Shown in pieces: positions 17,408-26,790 of a stretch of 64,000 nt of DNA (positions within the stretch are counted from its first letter, which is position 1; each line of letters starts with the position of its first letter). This DNA comes from a virus. The position numbers and the translations under genes were made by a program. Location: positions 8,144 to 72,143 of IMG/VR virus record IMGVR_UViG_3300025141_000063. One strand, given 5' to 3'. The notes under the pieces are model-generated. The model was not told the DNA's origin. It ran no database searches and worked only from the letters and a program-made list of their open reading frames with translations.

Positions 17408-18277
17408 CTATGCCGCCTTCTTCGAGAGGAGCCACGCGAACTCTTGCGCCTGCTCAGCTTCTTGTTGACGCCTCATCATCATGTAGTTGTGCGCCACCAG
17501 CAGCTTCGCACAGACCACGTCCTCCGGAACATCGTCGCTCAGGTCAGGCTCCTCGCCCGTCTCCCCCAGCATCTGCCTCCACCGAGCAGCGACGGCCCGG
17601 GGATCATTCTTGAAGTGGCGCTCGATGTTCCGGCCCACATCGTCCGGGATGCCGCGAGCAGGCTTCAGGTTCAGTGACCTCTCGTCCATGTCGGGGTCGA
17701 ACCGGCCGACGCAGACGTCGCACCTGCCGTCGGCGAGGTCGTCGTCGTCCTCGTTCCCGCAGTCCGTGCAGACATAGGTGGGCTGTGCCACCAGCCGCTG
17801 TGCGAAGGACAGGGGCGCCGGGAGGAACCAGACGCCCCTCTCCATGGCGGAGGCCGCCACGAAGCGTCCGACCTCCTCCTCGTAGGGGTGCTTGCGGATG
17901 TCCGACACCATATCCACGGCCGCCATCATCTGCGCCACCGTGGGCTGCTGGAGCGTGAAGAAGTCGGGGATGTTGTTGTTCAGCGCCTGGGTCAGCGGGG
18001 AGAAGACCTCCCACACGGACCAGAAGCCATCGGCCACCAGCAGGTTGCGCACCGCCTGGATCTTGTTCTTGTTGAGGGCACTCACCGTCACCGCGTGCGG
18101 GCGGGAGTAGTGCATCTGGAAGCGGGACGAGAAGTCCTGCTCGATCTCGTACCAGAGGGCCTCCGAGTCCCACTCGAGCCAGTCCACTCCGAACTGCGCG
18201 AACAGCAGTCCCGCCAGCACGGCGGGGTGCGCGTCGTGGTAGCCGAAGAAGAGAGCTGGTGCCTCAGGAAGAGCCAC
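17408..18277 (-). CDS. Hypothetical protein (CTDC/CDVC zinc finger), adjacent to portal
   Basis: 289-aa ORF abutting the portal gene on the same strand. Confidence 0.75.
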   Translation of the reverse strand: MALPEAPALFFGYHDAHPAVLAGLLFAQFGVDWLEWDSEALWYEIEQDFSSRFQMHYSRPHAVTVSALNKNKIQAVRNLLVADGFWSVWEVFSPLTQALNNNIPDFFTLQQPTVAQMMAAVDMVSDIRKHPYEEEVGRFVAASAMERGVWFLPAPLSFAQRLVAQPTYVCTDCGNEDDDDLADGRCDVCVGRFDPDMDERSLNLKPARGIPDDVGRNIERHFKNDPRAVAARWRQMLGETGEEPDLSDDVPEDVVCAKLLVAHNYMMMRRQQEAEQAQEFAWLLSKKAA

Positions 18278-19853
18278 GGACGTGGCTCCTGCTGTCGGCC
18301 AGCCGGGCCAGGATCACCTGCTGGGGGTAGGGCAGCGACTTGAAGATGGTGACGGGCTTCTTGACGAACTCCTCGGAGATCTCATCACCGAGAGCGTTGT
18401 GCACCAGCCGGATGTCCTCACGGGCGATGCGTAGCAGGTCGGCGCCGGTCACCCGGTCGATGCCCTTCACCCAGTGGTAGTTCGCGTCCTCCGAGGCCGT
18501 CTTCTCCGAGAGGGCTGCGCGGTACGGGTCGGGAAGATCCCGGTCCCACTCCTGGCTGAGCCCGTAGTGCTCGTCGAACTGGGTCAGCGCCTGACCGAAC
18601 TCGTCCGGGCCCTTGTGCGTGGCCACCGAGGCGAGCTTCATCAGGATCGCTCCACCCCGCTCGTCGACTCGGCTCGCTCGAGCATTGAGGTGCAACACGA
18701 ACCCCTCGTTGAGCTGGTCGCCCCCGTAGGCCGCCACCTTCTCGGTGACCTCGATGTCGTGGGCCGCGGCGGCTTGCTTGACATTGCGGCAGTACTCCCG
18801 GCGGTCGGTGGGGTGGAAGTTCTTCCAGAAGCGGTCGAAGTAGACCATCGCCTGCTTGATCTGCTCATCGGTCTGCAGCGGGTACTTGTCGTTGAGGGCG
18901 GCCAGCTTATTTGTGGCGGCGGCGTACCCCAGGACTCCGGCGGCGGGCAGCAAGCCGATGGCGCCTCCCTTGAGGGCGCCTCCCGCGGTGCGCTTGAGGG
19001 TTTCCGTCTTCGTCGCGCCGGCCTTGCGGGCCTTGTGGAAGCCCGCGCCCGCGCCGACGGTGCCCGCGCCGAGAGCGCCGACGGCTCCGAGCTCAAACAG
19101 GGTGAAGGCGCTCTTCTCGGCTGCCACCTTGTAGACGCTGCCTCGGTGCGAGATGTAGCCGGAGGTGGGAGACTCTGACTGCCGGAGGGTTGCCTTGACG
19201 TTGTCGGGGGCCTCCTTGATGGGCCTGGAGTGCTTCTTGGCGCGGCCCCAAACCTCGGGACTCGGGACGCCTCCCCGGCTCCACTGCTCCTCCTTGTGGT
19301 GCGCGTCCTCTCCGCCCAGGCGGTACCCAGACCGGGTGCCCGATCGATGTCCCAGCGCCGCGCCTGCGACGCCTGCAGCGGCCAGCCCGCCCGCGGCGAC
19401 GAGGCCCTTGCCGAGGTTGCCCATCGCCGTCTTCTCCCAGCCGCGGATGTCCACGATGGGGCCGATGCCTTCGACCTCTCGGACCTCCCCGTCGCGTGCG
19501 GTGACTGTGGGGATGGCGGAGGCGACCTTGGCGACGAGGCCGGGACTGGAGTAGCCGCCCTCCTCCATCTTCTCTAGGAGGCGGACGCCTGCGACCACCG
19601 CGGCGGTCTTGGGCATGCCGTCCCAGCTCTCGGCGAGGTACTGGCCGTTGAGCCAGGCGACCTCAGGAGAGGTGCAGGCGAACTTCCGCAGCTTGCCCTC
19701 CCGGCCGAACATGACGACCCCGAAGTCGGAGTCCGGGTAGCGAGACAGCTCGCCCCTCTCAGGCATCGCGGCGGTGGCCACCTTGTGGGGCAGGGAGATC
19801 GAGGCTTCCTTGATCAGCCCGGGTCCCAGATCATGCAAGTCGACAGCGAACAT
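18264..19853 (-). CDS. K-x-A-rich putative head/internal protein with glycine-zipper cassettes
   Basis: About 15 K-x-A sites (IKEAS, PKTAA, EKTAM, EKSAF, NKLAA, EKTAS...); GxxxG hydrophobic stretches; GGAGG RBS. Confidence 0.8.
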   Translation of the reverse strand: MFAVDLHDLGPGLIKEASISLPHKVATAAMPERGELSRYPDSDFGVVMFGREGKLRKFACTSPEVAWLNGQYLAESWDGMPKTAAVVAGVRLLEKMEEGGYSSPGLVAKVASAIPTVTARDGEVREVEGIGPIVDIRGWEKTAMGNLGKGLVAAGGLAAAGVAGAALGHRSGTRSGYRLGGEDAHHKEEQWSRGGVPSPEVWGRAKKHSRPIKEAPDNVKATLRQSESPTSGYISHRGSVYKVAAEKSAFTLFELGAVGALGAGTVGAGAGFHKARKAGATKTETLKRTAGGALKGGAIGLLPAAGVLGYAAATNKLAALNDKYPLQTDEQIKQAMVYFDRFWKNFHPTDRREYCRNVKQAAAAHDIEVTEKVAAYGGDQLNEGFVLHLNARASRVDERGGAILMKLASVATHKGPDEFGQALTQFDEHYGLSQEWDRDLPDPYRAALSEKTASEDANYHWVKGIDRVTGADLLRIAREDIRLVHNALGDEISEEFVKKPVTIFKSLPYPQQVILARLADSRSHVRGSS

Positions 19854-19875
19854 ACGGGCCTCCGGGTGCCGGTCG

Positions 19876-19905
19876 ATGATGTCTCCCCCGTTGAGCCGAT
19901 GTCAA
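19876..19905 (-). promoter_or_regulatory. Sigma70-like promoter upstream of the portal operon
   Basis: Perfect TTGACA (19900-19905), 18-nt spacer, CATCAT (19876-19881). Confidence 0.6.
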
Positions 19906-19925
19906 CGCAAGAAGCCGCCGGAACT

Positions 19926-19934
19926 CGGCATAAG
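19926..19934 (+). promoter_or_regulatory. CGGCATAAG motif upstream of the replication operon
   Basis: Identical to 14431-14439; 35 nt before ATG 19970. Confidence 0.5.
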
Positions 19935-19969
19935 GGTTACGCACTCAACACCTTGGAGCTTACCAGACG

Positions 19970-20368
19970 ATGGCGATCAGCAGAGTGGGGGCTATTCCTG
20001 ACCCTCCTTGTTTCGGGAAGCCAGCCTACTTCGATGAAGTCAACGACGAGGACTGCCGCACCTGCCATGCCAGGGTACGGTGCAAGGTCCAATGTCGCCA
20101 GAAGAAGGCGGGCGGGTCCCACAAGAAGAACACCAGCTTGAAGAACTCGAAGGCGACGGGGCGGGGCGACCGAAGCGTCGCTGCCGATGACGAGGACGCC
20201 CCGACCTTCCGCGTCAAGAAGAAGATGACCACCTCCTGGTTCGGGGCGCTCAAGCACAACTCGTTCATTCGACTGTGCAGCACCTTCTTCCGGGAACTCG
20301 CGTTCGGAGTGGAGCAGATTCCACTGGAGCCATACTCCGAGCAGGAATTGGAGGAGATCGATGAGTGA
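19970..20368 (+). CDS. Hypothetical Cys-cluster protein
   Basis: PPCFG...CRTCHARVRC; first gene of the plus-strand operon. Confidence 0.7.
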   Translation: MAISRVGAIPDPPCFGKPAYFDEVNDEDCRTCHARVRCKVQCRQKKAGGSHKKNTSLKNSKATGRGDRSVAADDEDAPTFRVKKKMTTSWFGALKHNSFIRLCSTFFRELAFGVEQIPLEPYSEQELEEIDE

Positions 20369-20819
20369 CAGCATCAACGTCGGCGGCCTGATCATGACCG
20401 CCCGCAAGAAGAGGTTCCGCAGCACGAGGGAAGCCGCTGCCGCGGTGAAGCTCACCGACGCTCGCGGCACCCGGAGTCTCTCCGGTGAGGGCCTGCGGAA
20501 GTACGAGAAGAGCCTCAGTCTCCCGTCTGCGAATGTGCTTAGCGCGCTGATCCAGGGCTGGGGGATGGGTGGAGAGGAGGCCGAGACCCTGTGGAACGCC
20601 GTGCACGTCGCTCGGGAGCGCCGCGATGGCTTCGAGCCGAGGAAGGCCGCCCTCAAGGGGGAGAACATGGAGGCCGCCGTCGCCAGTGCGGTGGGTGAGA
20701 TGGTCGGCGAGTGCCGCATCCTCGTCGAGGGGATGGTCGACGACGTCGACGACCAGGAAGCGTTCCTGGAGGAGGTCCGCGTCCTCTCGAACCGCATCAT
20801 CAGGAGCCACTTTCGGTGA
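20361..20819 (+). CDS. XRE-type helix-turn-helix protein
   Basis: G.LI..ARKK...STREAA...LSGEGLRKYEKSLSLPS resembles an XRE HTH. Confidence 0.65.
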   Translation: MSDSINVGGLIMTARKKRFRSTREAAAAVKLTDARGTRSLSGEGLRKYEKSLSLPSANVLSALIQGWGMGGEEAETLWNAVHVARERRDGFEPRKAALKGENMEAAVASAVGEMVGECRILVEGMVDDVDDQEAFLEEVRVLSNRIIRSHFR

Positions 20820-22144
20820 GCCTCTACACCTTCTGCAGGAGGGAGCCGGACCACGCCTACGTTGACCGGAATCTCTGGTTGCCGAAGGCGAGGCTCACTC
20901 CCCGAGTCATCAAGAAGCGTCTCAGCTTCCGGGCCGCGGTCGGGAAGAAGCGGGATCAGATCATCACCGTCAACGCCTTCCGAGAGGAGGAGCACCACCT
21001 GGTCGTGCCTCGCAACTTCATGTCCCCCGCCGAGCTACTCGAGCAGGACATCCCTGTGGTTGACCTGCGTCCCAAGGAGTACGAACGGGTGGTGATGGCG
21101 CACTCCATCATCCCCCGCGACCACCAGGTCGAACCGCTGACCAAGATGGAGGAGATCGATGACGGGACGTTGAACGTGGCGTGTGGTCGGGGCAAGACGG
21201 TCATGGCGCTGTACGAGGCAGCGCGCATGGGTGTGCCGACCCTGGTGGTTTGCCAGAACAGCTCCATCCTCCAGCAGTGGGAGAGGGAGATCGAGAAGTT
21301 CATTACCTTCTCCGGGGACGTGCAGTGGATGAAGGGCAAGGGCCTGCCGAAGTCAGCGTTCGGGCTGGCCACCATCCAGACCCTCTACCGCAAGGCGGAG
21401 GACCTGCCGACGGCCTTCCGCCGTCGGTGGGGGCTCGTCATCTTCGACGAGGCGCATCACGTCTCGGCCCCGGAGTTCTGCAAGGCCGCGGACATCTTCC
21501 CCGGCCGGAGGATCGCACTGACAGCTACAGCGAAGAGGAGTGATGGGCTGGAGAAGATCTACCAGTACCACCTGGGGCAGGTGTTCCACACCGACCTCCG
21601 TCAAGACCTCAAGCCGAAGATCGTCTTCCTGCACCTGCCCGGGTTCGACCCTCCGGGGAGCGTGTACGACGACGTCAGCCTGAAGACCTGGCTCTCCAGG
21701 AACTCTTCCTTCAACGCCATCGTGGCGAAGGAGACCACGGACGCCGTGGCCAAGGGCCGCACCGTCATGGTGCTGTCCCACCGCGTCGAGCAGCTCGTCA
21801 CCCTGGAGCAGCTGGTCCCCTCGGGGAGGGCCATCTACGGAACCATCAAGCTGGCAGAGCGGGACGACGTCCTTCGGACAGCCAACCCCATCTTCGCCTC
21901 CATCAACCTCGCGCAGGAAGGGCTGGATCGGCCACAGCTGGACACCCTCCTGATCGCTACCCTCTTCTCCAACCCCAACTCCTTCCAGCAGGTGGTAGGG
22001 CGGGCGCAGAGAGAGTTCGCGGGCAAGAAAGATCCGGTCGTGGTCTTCCTGGTCCCCGACATCAACCGTTGCAAGAACCAAGCTCGCCGTCTCGCGTCCT
22101 TCGCGAGGAAGGCCGGCTACCCAGTGGAGAACCACCGAGCATGA
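20816..22144 (+). CDS. Superfamily 2 DEAH helicase (UvsW/type III Res-like)
   Basis: GTG start in a GTGA overlap; ACGRGKT, DEAHH, TAT, QEGLD, QVVGRAQR. Confidence 0.92.
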   Translation: MSLYTFCRREPDHAYVDRNLWLPKARLTPRVIKKRLSFRAAVGKKRDQIITVNAFREEEHHLVVPRNFMSPAELLEQDIPVVDLRPKEYERVVMAHSIIPRDHQVEPLTKMEEIDDGTLNVACGRGKTVMALYEAARMGVPTLVVCQNSSILQQWEREIEKFITFSGDVQWMKGKGLPKSAFGLATIQTLYRKAEDLPTAFRRRWGLVIFDEAHHVSAPEFCKAADIFPGRRIALTATAKRSDGLEKIYQYHLGQVFHTDLRQDLKPKIVFLHLPGFDPPGSVYDDVSLKTWLSRNSSFNAIVAKETTDAVAKGRTVMVLSHRVEQLVTLEQLVPSGRAIYGTIKLAERDDVLRTANPIFASINLAQEGLDRPQLDTLLIATLFSNPNSFQQVVGRAQREFAGKKDPVVVFLVPDINRCKNQARRLASFARKAGYPVENHRA

Positions 22145-22554
22145 GCAACCGCAAGAGCAAAGAAGTCATCGTGATGATGGTCAACCGCACCGCCTGGGTC
22201 GGGAAGTCCCGGGACGACGAGTCCCCTCCCGCCGAGCTCCGCGACGCCGTCATCGCCTTCCTGCACCAGAAGCCCAGCCCCGACGGCCAGATGGTGGTCA
22301 TGACCCCCATGCGGGTCCCTTTCGGCCTCTCCAGCGAGACGCTGGGGAAGGTCCACCTCAACCCCGTCAACGTGGAGTCGTGGTGCTACCTCGACAACAT
22401 GTCGGAGACTGACCAGAAGCAGATCCGCCTCTTCCTCGCATCCCAGAAGGAGCAGGAGCAGCAGACCCGCGCAGTCGCCGCAGGCATCGTGCTGCCTGGG
22501 CAGGGGGGCGCGCCCGCGCTGGACCTGGAGAAGCTCCGGAGGGGAGGCAAGTGA
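22141..22554 (+). CDS. Hypothetical protein
   Basis: ATGA overlap with the helicase stop (MSNRKSKE...). Confidence 0.7.
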   Translation: MSNRKSKEVIVMMVNRTAWVGKSRDDESPPAELRDAVIAFLHQKPSPDGQMVVMTPMRVPFGLSSETLGKVHLNPVNVESWCYLDNMSETDQKQIRLFLASQKEQEQQTRAVAAGIVLPGQGGAPALDLEKLRRGGK

Positions 22555-23300
22555 GCGTTCCCTCGCTGGCCGACATCTTCGACCAGTACGTTGCGCAGGG
22601 GTGCGACCGCTGCCCTCGACTGATGGAGAGTCGGACCAGCATCGTCTTCGGGGAAGGGCACCCCGACCCCGACATCGTCTTCGTCGGTGCGGCTCCGGGG
22701 TACTGGGAGGATGAGCTGGTCCGCCCCTTCGTGGGGCAGGCCGGTGTCCTCCTGGACTCCTTCCTCGCCTACTTCGGGCGTCGAGGCAACTCCGACCTCT
22801 GGCGCCTCGGGGAGTCCGTGGCCAAGGGCAAGAACCTCGGAGACCAGGAGGCCGACGCGGTACGGGAGGCGCTGATCGAGACGGAGAAGGTGCACTACCT
22901 GAACGCCGTCCTCTGCCGGCCGCCGGAGAATGTAGACCCGAGCAAGAAGGAGGTCGACGCCTGCCGCGACCGCCTGTTCCAGACCATCTACCAGCTGGAC
23001 CCGCTGCTCATCGTGGCCACCGGCAAGGTCGCGGCCAAGGCGCTCCTCGGGAAGGTGCTCAACGTCCAGGACTGCCGCGGGCAGGTCTACGACATTGAAA
23101 TCCCGGGGGTCACTGGCGGGATCAGATACCCGATGCTCCTTACGTTCCACCCCTCCTACGTGAACCGCGTGGGGGACTTCTTGTCGAAGACGGGGCCGGG
23201 GGTGCAGTTCGCGGAGGACTGCGAGCACCTCTTCACCCTGGTGGACCAGACCCGATACATGACCTGCGGCACCCCGGTGCCTGAACGGAGGAAATGGTGA
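22551..23300 (+). CDS. udg: Uracil-DNA glycosylase, family 4-like (Fe-S cluster)
   Basis: CDRC..L, VFGEG, GAAPG..ED...RPFVGQAG, NAVLCRPPEN, TFHPSY. Confidence 0.9.
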   Translation: MSVPSLADIFDQYVAQGCDRCPRLMESRTSIVFGEGHPDPDIVFVGAAPGYWEDELVRPFVGQAGVLLDSFLAYFGRRGNSDLWRLGESVAKGKNLGDQEADAVREALIETEKVHYLNAVLCRPPENVDPSKKEVDACRDRLFQTIYQLDPLLIVATGKVAAKALLGKVLNVQDCRGQVYDIEIPGVTGGIRYPMLLTFHPSYVNRVGDFLSKTGPGVQFAEDCEHLFTLVDQTRYMTCGTPVPERRKW

Positions 23301-23764
23301 CCAAGATCAACCCGGAAGACGTCGATACCAGCGTGGCCGAAGAGGCCGTCGAAGCATTCCAGGAGGCCGAGGAGGAGTTCAAGGAGCTGCTCACGGACAT
23401 CAAGGACAGCATGGGAGAGGACTGGTACGCCTACTTCCTCGAGACGATGGAGAAGCGGCGGAACCTCTGCAGCCGCGCGAGGAACACGGTTCGTGCCGTG
23501 GGTGTAGGCGTCGGCGCCTTCGCCGCTCGCACCATCGAGAAGAACGTCTGGGATGTCGAGGCCGTCCTGGAGCTGTCCCGCCTTCGGGACGAGCAGCAGG
23601 AGCTGGTCGACGCGAAGGTGCTGAAGTACTCCTTCGACCCGAAGCGTGCGCTCGAGCAGCTCGATGCCAAGGCCTTCGAGATCTACAAGGAGAAGGCTCA
23701 CAGCAAGCGGCCGGGGACTACGCAGGTACTCGGCCCCAAGGTCGACGATGACCTCTTCAAGTAG
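23294..23764 (+). CDS. Hypothetical protein
   Basis: 156-aa ORF coupled within the operon; GGAGG RBS. Confidence 0.7.
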   Translation: MVTKINPEDVDTSVAEEAVEAFQEAEEEFKELLTDIKDSMGEDWYAYFLETMEKRRNLCSRARNTVRAVGVGVGAFAARTIEKNVWDVEAVLELSRLRDEQQELVDAKVLKYSFDPKRALEQLDAKAFEIYKEKAHSKRPGTTQVLGPKVDDDLFK

Positions 23765-23810
23765 CACCGATCCCCGGGTCACAATCCGCCGCAGCGCAGT
23801 CCTGAAAGGC

Positions 23811-24101
23811 ATGGAACCTGAGGACCAGTTCTGCGATGATTTCCAGCTCAGCGAGGAACACATGGACAAAGCGAAGCGCTTGATCGGAGACGGTCAGGCA
23901 GAGGTGTCTGTTGGCACAGACATGGGAGAGAAGGACTTCGGCAACGGCTTCGGCGTCTTCGTTTCCGTCAAGCTCACCTGCAACCAGGACGTCGCCACCA
24001 TCGAGAAGGCTCAGAGCCTGGGGTGGGAGATCGCCAAGGAGTTCGCGGAGACCCAGTGGGCGGAAGCGAAGGAGCTCTACCAGTTCCTGGCGGGCAGCTG
24101 A
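23811..24101 (+). CDS. Hypothetical protein
   Basis: MEPEDQF... start preceded by GAAAGG; acidic protein. Confidence 0.6.
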   Translation: MEPEDQFCDDFQLSEEHMDKAKRLIGDGQAEVSVGTDMGEKDFGNGFGVFVSVKLTCNQDVATIEKAQSLGWEIAKEFAETQWAEAKELYQFLAGS

Positions 24102-24102
24102 G

Positions 24103-24357
24103 GTGGGGCTGCCCATCGACGAGAACCCGAACTTCTCCTCCAGTCTGATGACCTTGGAACTGAAGCGCATCGAGGGCTCCCCTGGGGCCTTCGGGCTGAT
24201 GTACGAGGTGGAGATCCGCAACCGCACCACGGGGGGCTTCGCAGTCCTCCGTGGGCGGGACCTCTCGGAGGACGTCCAGAGCCATCTGCACGAGCTGATG
24301 GCCATGGTCGAGCAGCACGCTGGCGAGCGGTTCTTCTCCACACAGAAGCAGAAGTAA
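24103..24357 (+). CDS. Hypothetical protein
   Basis: GTG start immediately after the upstream stop. Confidence 0.55.
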   Translation: MGLPIDENPNFSSSLMTLELKRIEGSPGAFGLMYEVEIRNRTTGGFAVLRGRDLSEDVQSHLHELMAMVEQHAGERFFSTQKQK

Positions 24358-24367
24358 GGGGGTTCTC

Positions 24368-25795
24368 GTGGCGGCCCTGGAACCCACCCTCATCTCCACC
24401 ATCCTGCGCGACCAGTCGCTGAAGGCATTGATCGAAGCAGGGATCGTCGAGTCGGACTTCCAGACTCTCGAAGGTGCCGAGTGGTTCCGCTTCATCTACC
24501 GGCACTTCCGCAACCGGTCCACCTACGGGCAGGTCCCCAGCCCTGCCCAATTCAAGAGGAGATTCCGGGGCTTCGACTACTGCCCCTCTTCCGACTCCAT
24601 GTCCTCCCTCTGTCAGGAGCTCCGCGACAACCAGATGGTCCACGAGGTCGAAGACCTCTCGGAGCGCATCCAGGAGCTACTGGACGACGACGACCTGGAC
24701 GACGTGCTGTCCAACCTCTCGGGGTTCCTTCGCAAGTGGACAACGAAGAGGGCCGACGGAGGCGACGTGGACCTGGCTCAGGCCGTCGGGGTCCTGAAGG
24801 ACCAGTACTACGCCGTGAAGGACGGCGGCGGCTTGCTCGGCATCCCGTACCCCTGGGATGTGGTGAACGACGAGACCTTGGGGATGCAGCCAGGGCAGCT
24901 CCTCGTCATCTACGGCAGGCCGAAGGCGATGAAGACGTGGGTGGCGCTGTACATCGCGGTGTTCGCCTACCTCTTCTGCAACGCCCGAGTCCTGTTCTAC
25001 AGCAGGGAGATGGACCGAATCCAGATCCTGAGGCGGGCGGCGTCCATCGTCGTCGGCCTCGACTACAGCGACGTCAAGAAGGCCACCCTCCCGGAGGCTG
25101 CCGAGAAGGATCTGTGGGCTGCGATGGAGCTGCTCGCAGAGGGCGAGGACCTGGGGGACGGCAGGCGGAGCCGCTTCGTCATCTCCAACGACCGGGGGGC
25201 CAACAACTCGGCCACGGTGGACTTGATTTCCCAGAAGGCGAGGGACTACGAGGTCGACCTGCTGGTGGTCGACGCCGTCTACAAGCTCAAGGACGGGAGG
25301 ACCAACAAGAGGGACGCGGACTGGAAGACACAGGCGCATGTGCTCCAGGATCTAAAGGACTCCGCAGTGGACATGCACATCCCGTGCATCGCGGTCACGC
25401 AGGCCAACCGCAGCGCCTCCAAGAACAACGTGAAGCAGGTGGACACGTCGGAGGTCGCCTTCACGGACGCCGCCGGTATGGAGTGCGACGGGATGTTCCG
25501 CGTCATCAAGGGGACCGACCCCGACACAGGAGAGAACGAACTCGCCCTGGTGTGGGCAGCCACGCGGGACGAGCAACTCGACGCGATCCTCATTCATGGC
25601 CAGCCCGGCTACAACTTCCGTCTGAAGAGAGAGGGGATCACCTTGGATGAACTGCAGCAGCGCAAAGCCCGGGAGGACGCCAACAATGCGGCCGAGGAGG
25701 CAGCGCCCAAGAAGCCCGCCTCGGCCCCGCGCGGGCGCCGTAGCGGTCGGTCTGCCGTAGCCCTGGCCCGCCAAGGAGCGAAGAGGAAGAAGTGA
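24368..25795 (+). CDS. dnaB: Replicative DnaB-like helicase (SF4)
   Basis: GIPYPW..VN..TLGMQPGQL, Walker A GRPKAMKT, SREM, VVDAVY, TQANR. Confidence 0.9.
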   Translation: MAALEPTLISTILRDQSLKALIEAGIVESDFQTLEGAEWFRFIYRHFRNRSTYGQVPSPAQFKRRFRGFDYCPSSDSMSSLCQELRDNQMVHEVEDLSERIQELLDDDDLDDVLSNLSGFLRKWTTKRADGGDVDLAQAVGVLKDQYYAVKDGGGLLGIPYPWDVVNDETLGMQPGQLLVIYGRPKAMKTWVALYIAVFAYLFCNARVLFYSREMDRIQILRRAASIVVGLDYSDVKKATLPEAAEKDLWAAMELLAEGEDLGDGRRSRFVISNDRGANNSATVDLISQKARDYEVDLLVVDAVYKLKDGRTNKRDADWKTQAHVLQDLKDSAVDMHIPCIAVTQANRSASKNNVKQVDTSEVAFTDAAGMECDGMFRVIKGTDPDTGENELALVWAATRDEQLDAILIHGQPGYNFRLKREGITLDELQQRKAREDANNAAEEAAPKKPASAPRGRRSGRSAVALARQGAKRKK

Positions 25796-26790
25796 GAGTC
25801 GCCTCTGTTGTTCGGCAGGTTGCGGAGGAGCACCTCACCCGGTACCGAGAAGGAGCGGACCACGAGATCATCGGTCTCTGCCCTCTGCACGAGGACAACA
25901 CCCCCTCCTTCGCCATCAACGAGAAGACAGGACTGTGGGTCTGCTACGGCGGGTGTGGGGGCGGAAGCCTCTCGTACCTGCTCTACCGGCTGGAGTACGG
26001 CCGGAAGAAGATCGACCACGTGCTGGGACCCATCCGGGACCAGCTGCAGCTCCCGGTCAAGAAGAGGATCAAGGATGTAGCGGACCCCTTCCGGGCGCTA
26101 TACCCGCTGCCGGAGGCACTCCTGGGTGTCTACGACGTCGACAAGCCTCACCCGATGCTGGCCGACATCTTCGAGCCGGAACTTCTCCGTCGGTACGACG
26201 TGGGATACGACCGCCGCAACCATCGCATCACCTTCCCCATCAGGGACTTGTACGGGAACCTCGCAGGGTTCAGCGGCAGAGCTACGGCTCGGACGCCGCC
26301 TAACTCCTCCGGGGACATCGCCAAGTACAAGATCTACGACAAGGAGATCATCAAGGAATACCCCGACTACAAGTTCGACCGCTCCCGGCACCTCTACAAC
26401 ATGGACCGCGTCTACCCGAACCTCTACTACTCCGAGGAGGTTCAACCACTGATTCTGGTGGAGGGGTTCAAGGCCGCGCTCTGGCTCATCCAGTGCGGCT
26501 TCCCTAACGTGGTCGCCTTCATGGGTGCCGCCCTCACCACCTCCGGATGCGCGCTCATCCAGAGGCTGTCCAGTCGGATCATCCTCTTCCTGGACAACGA
26601 CGTCACCGGTAGACGAAAGACAGCCAAGGTGGGACGAGACCTGTCCCGGGCCGTCCGTAGACTATCGGTCGTCGAGTATCCCTTCAGCGCATTCGCCCAG
26701 CCCGATTCCTTTGACGACGACGAGCTGACCCTGCTCTTCAACGACCACTGCCTGCCGCTTCGACGGTGGGTCAGGAGACACACAACATGA
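25792..26790 (+). CDS. dnaG: DnaG-like primase (CHC2 zinc finger plus TOPRIM)
   Basis: CPLHEDNTPSF...CYGGC; RITFPIRD..G...GFSGR; LVEG; FLDND..G. Confidence 0.92.
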   Translation: MRVASVVRQVAEEHLTRYREGADHEIIGLCPLHEDNTPSFAINEKTGLWVCYGGCGGGSLSYLLYRLEYGRKKIDHVLGPIRDQLQLPVKKRIKDVADPFRALYPLPEALLGVYDVDKPHPMLADIFEPELLRRYDVGYDRRNHRITFPIRDLYGNLAGFSGRATARTPPNSSGDIAKYKIYDKEIIKEYPDYKFDRSRHLYNMDRVYPNLYYSEEVQPLILVEGFKAALWLIQCGFPNVVAFMGAALTTSGCALIQRLSSRIILFLDNDVTGRRKTAKVGRDLSRAVRRLSVVEYPFSAFAQPDSFDDDELTLLFNDHCLPLRRWVRRHTT

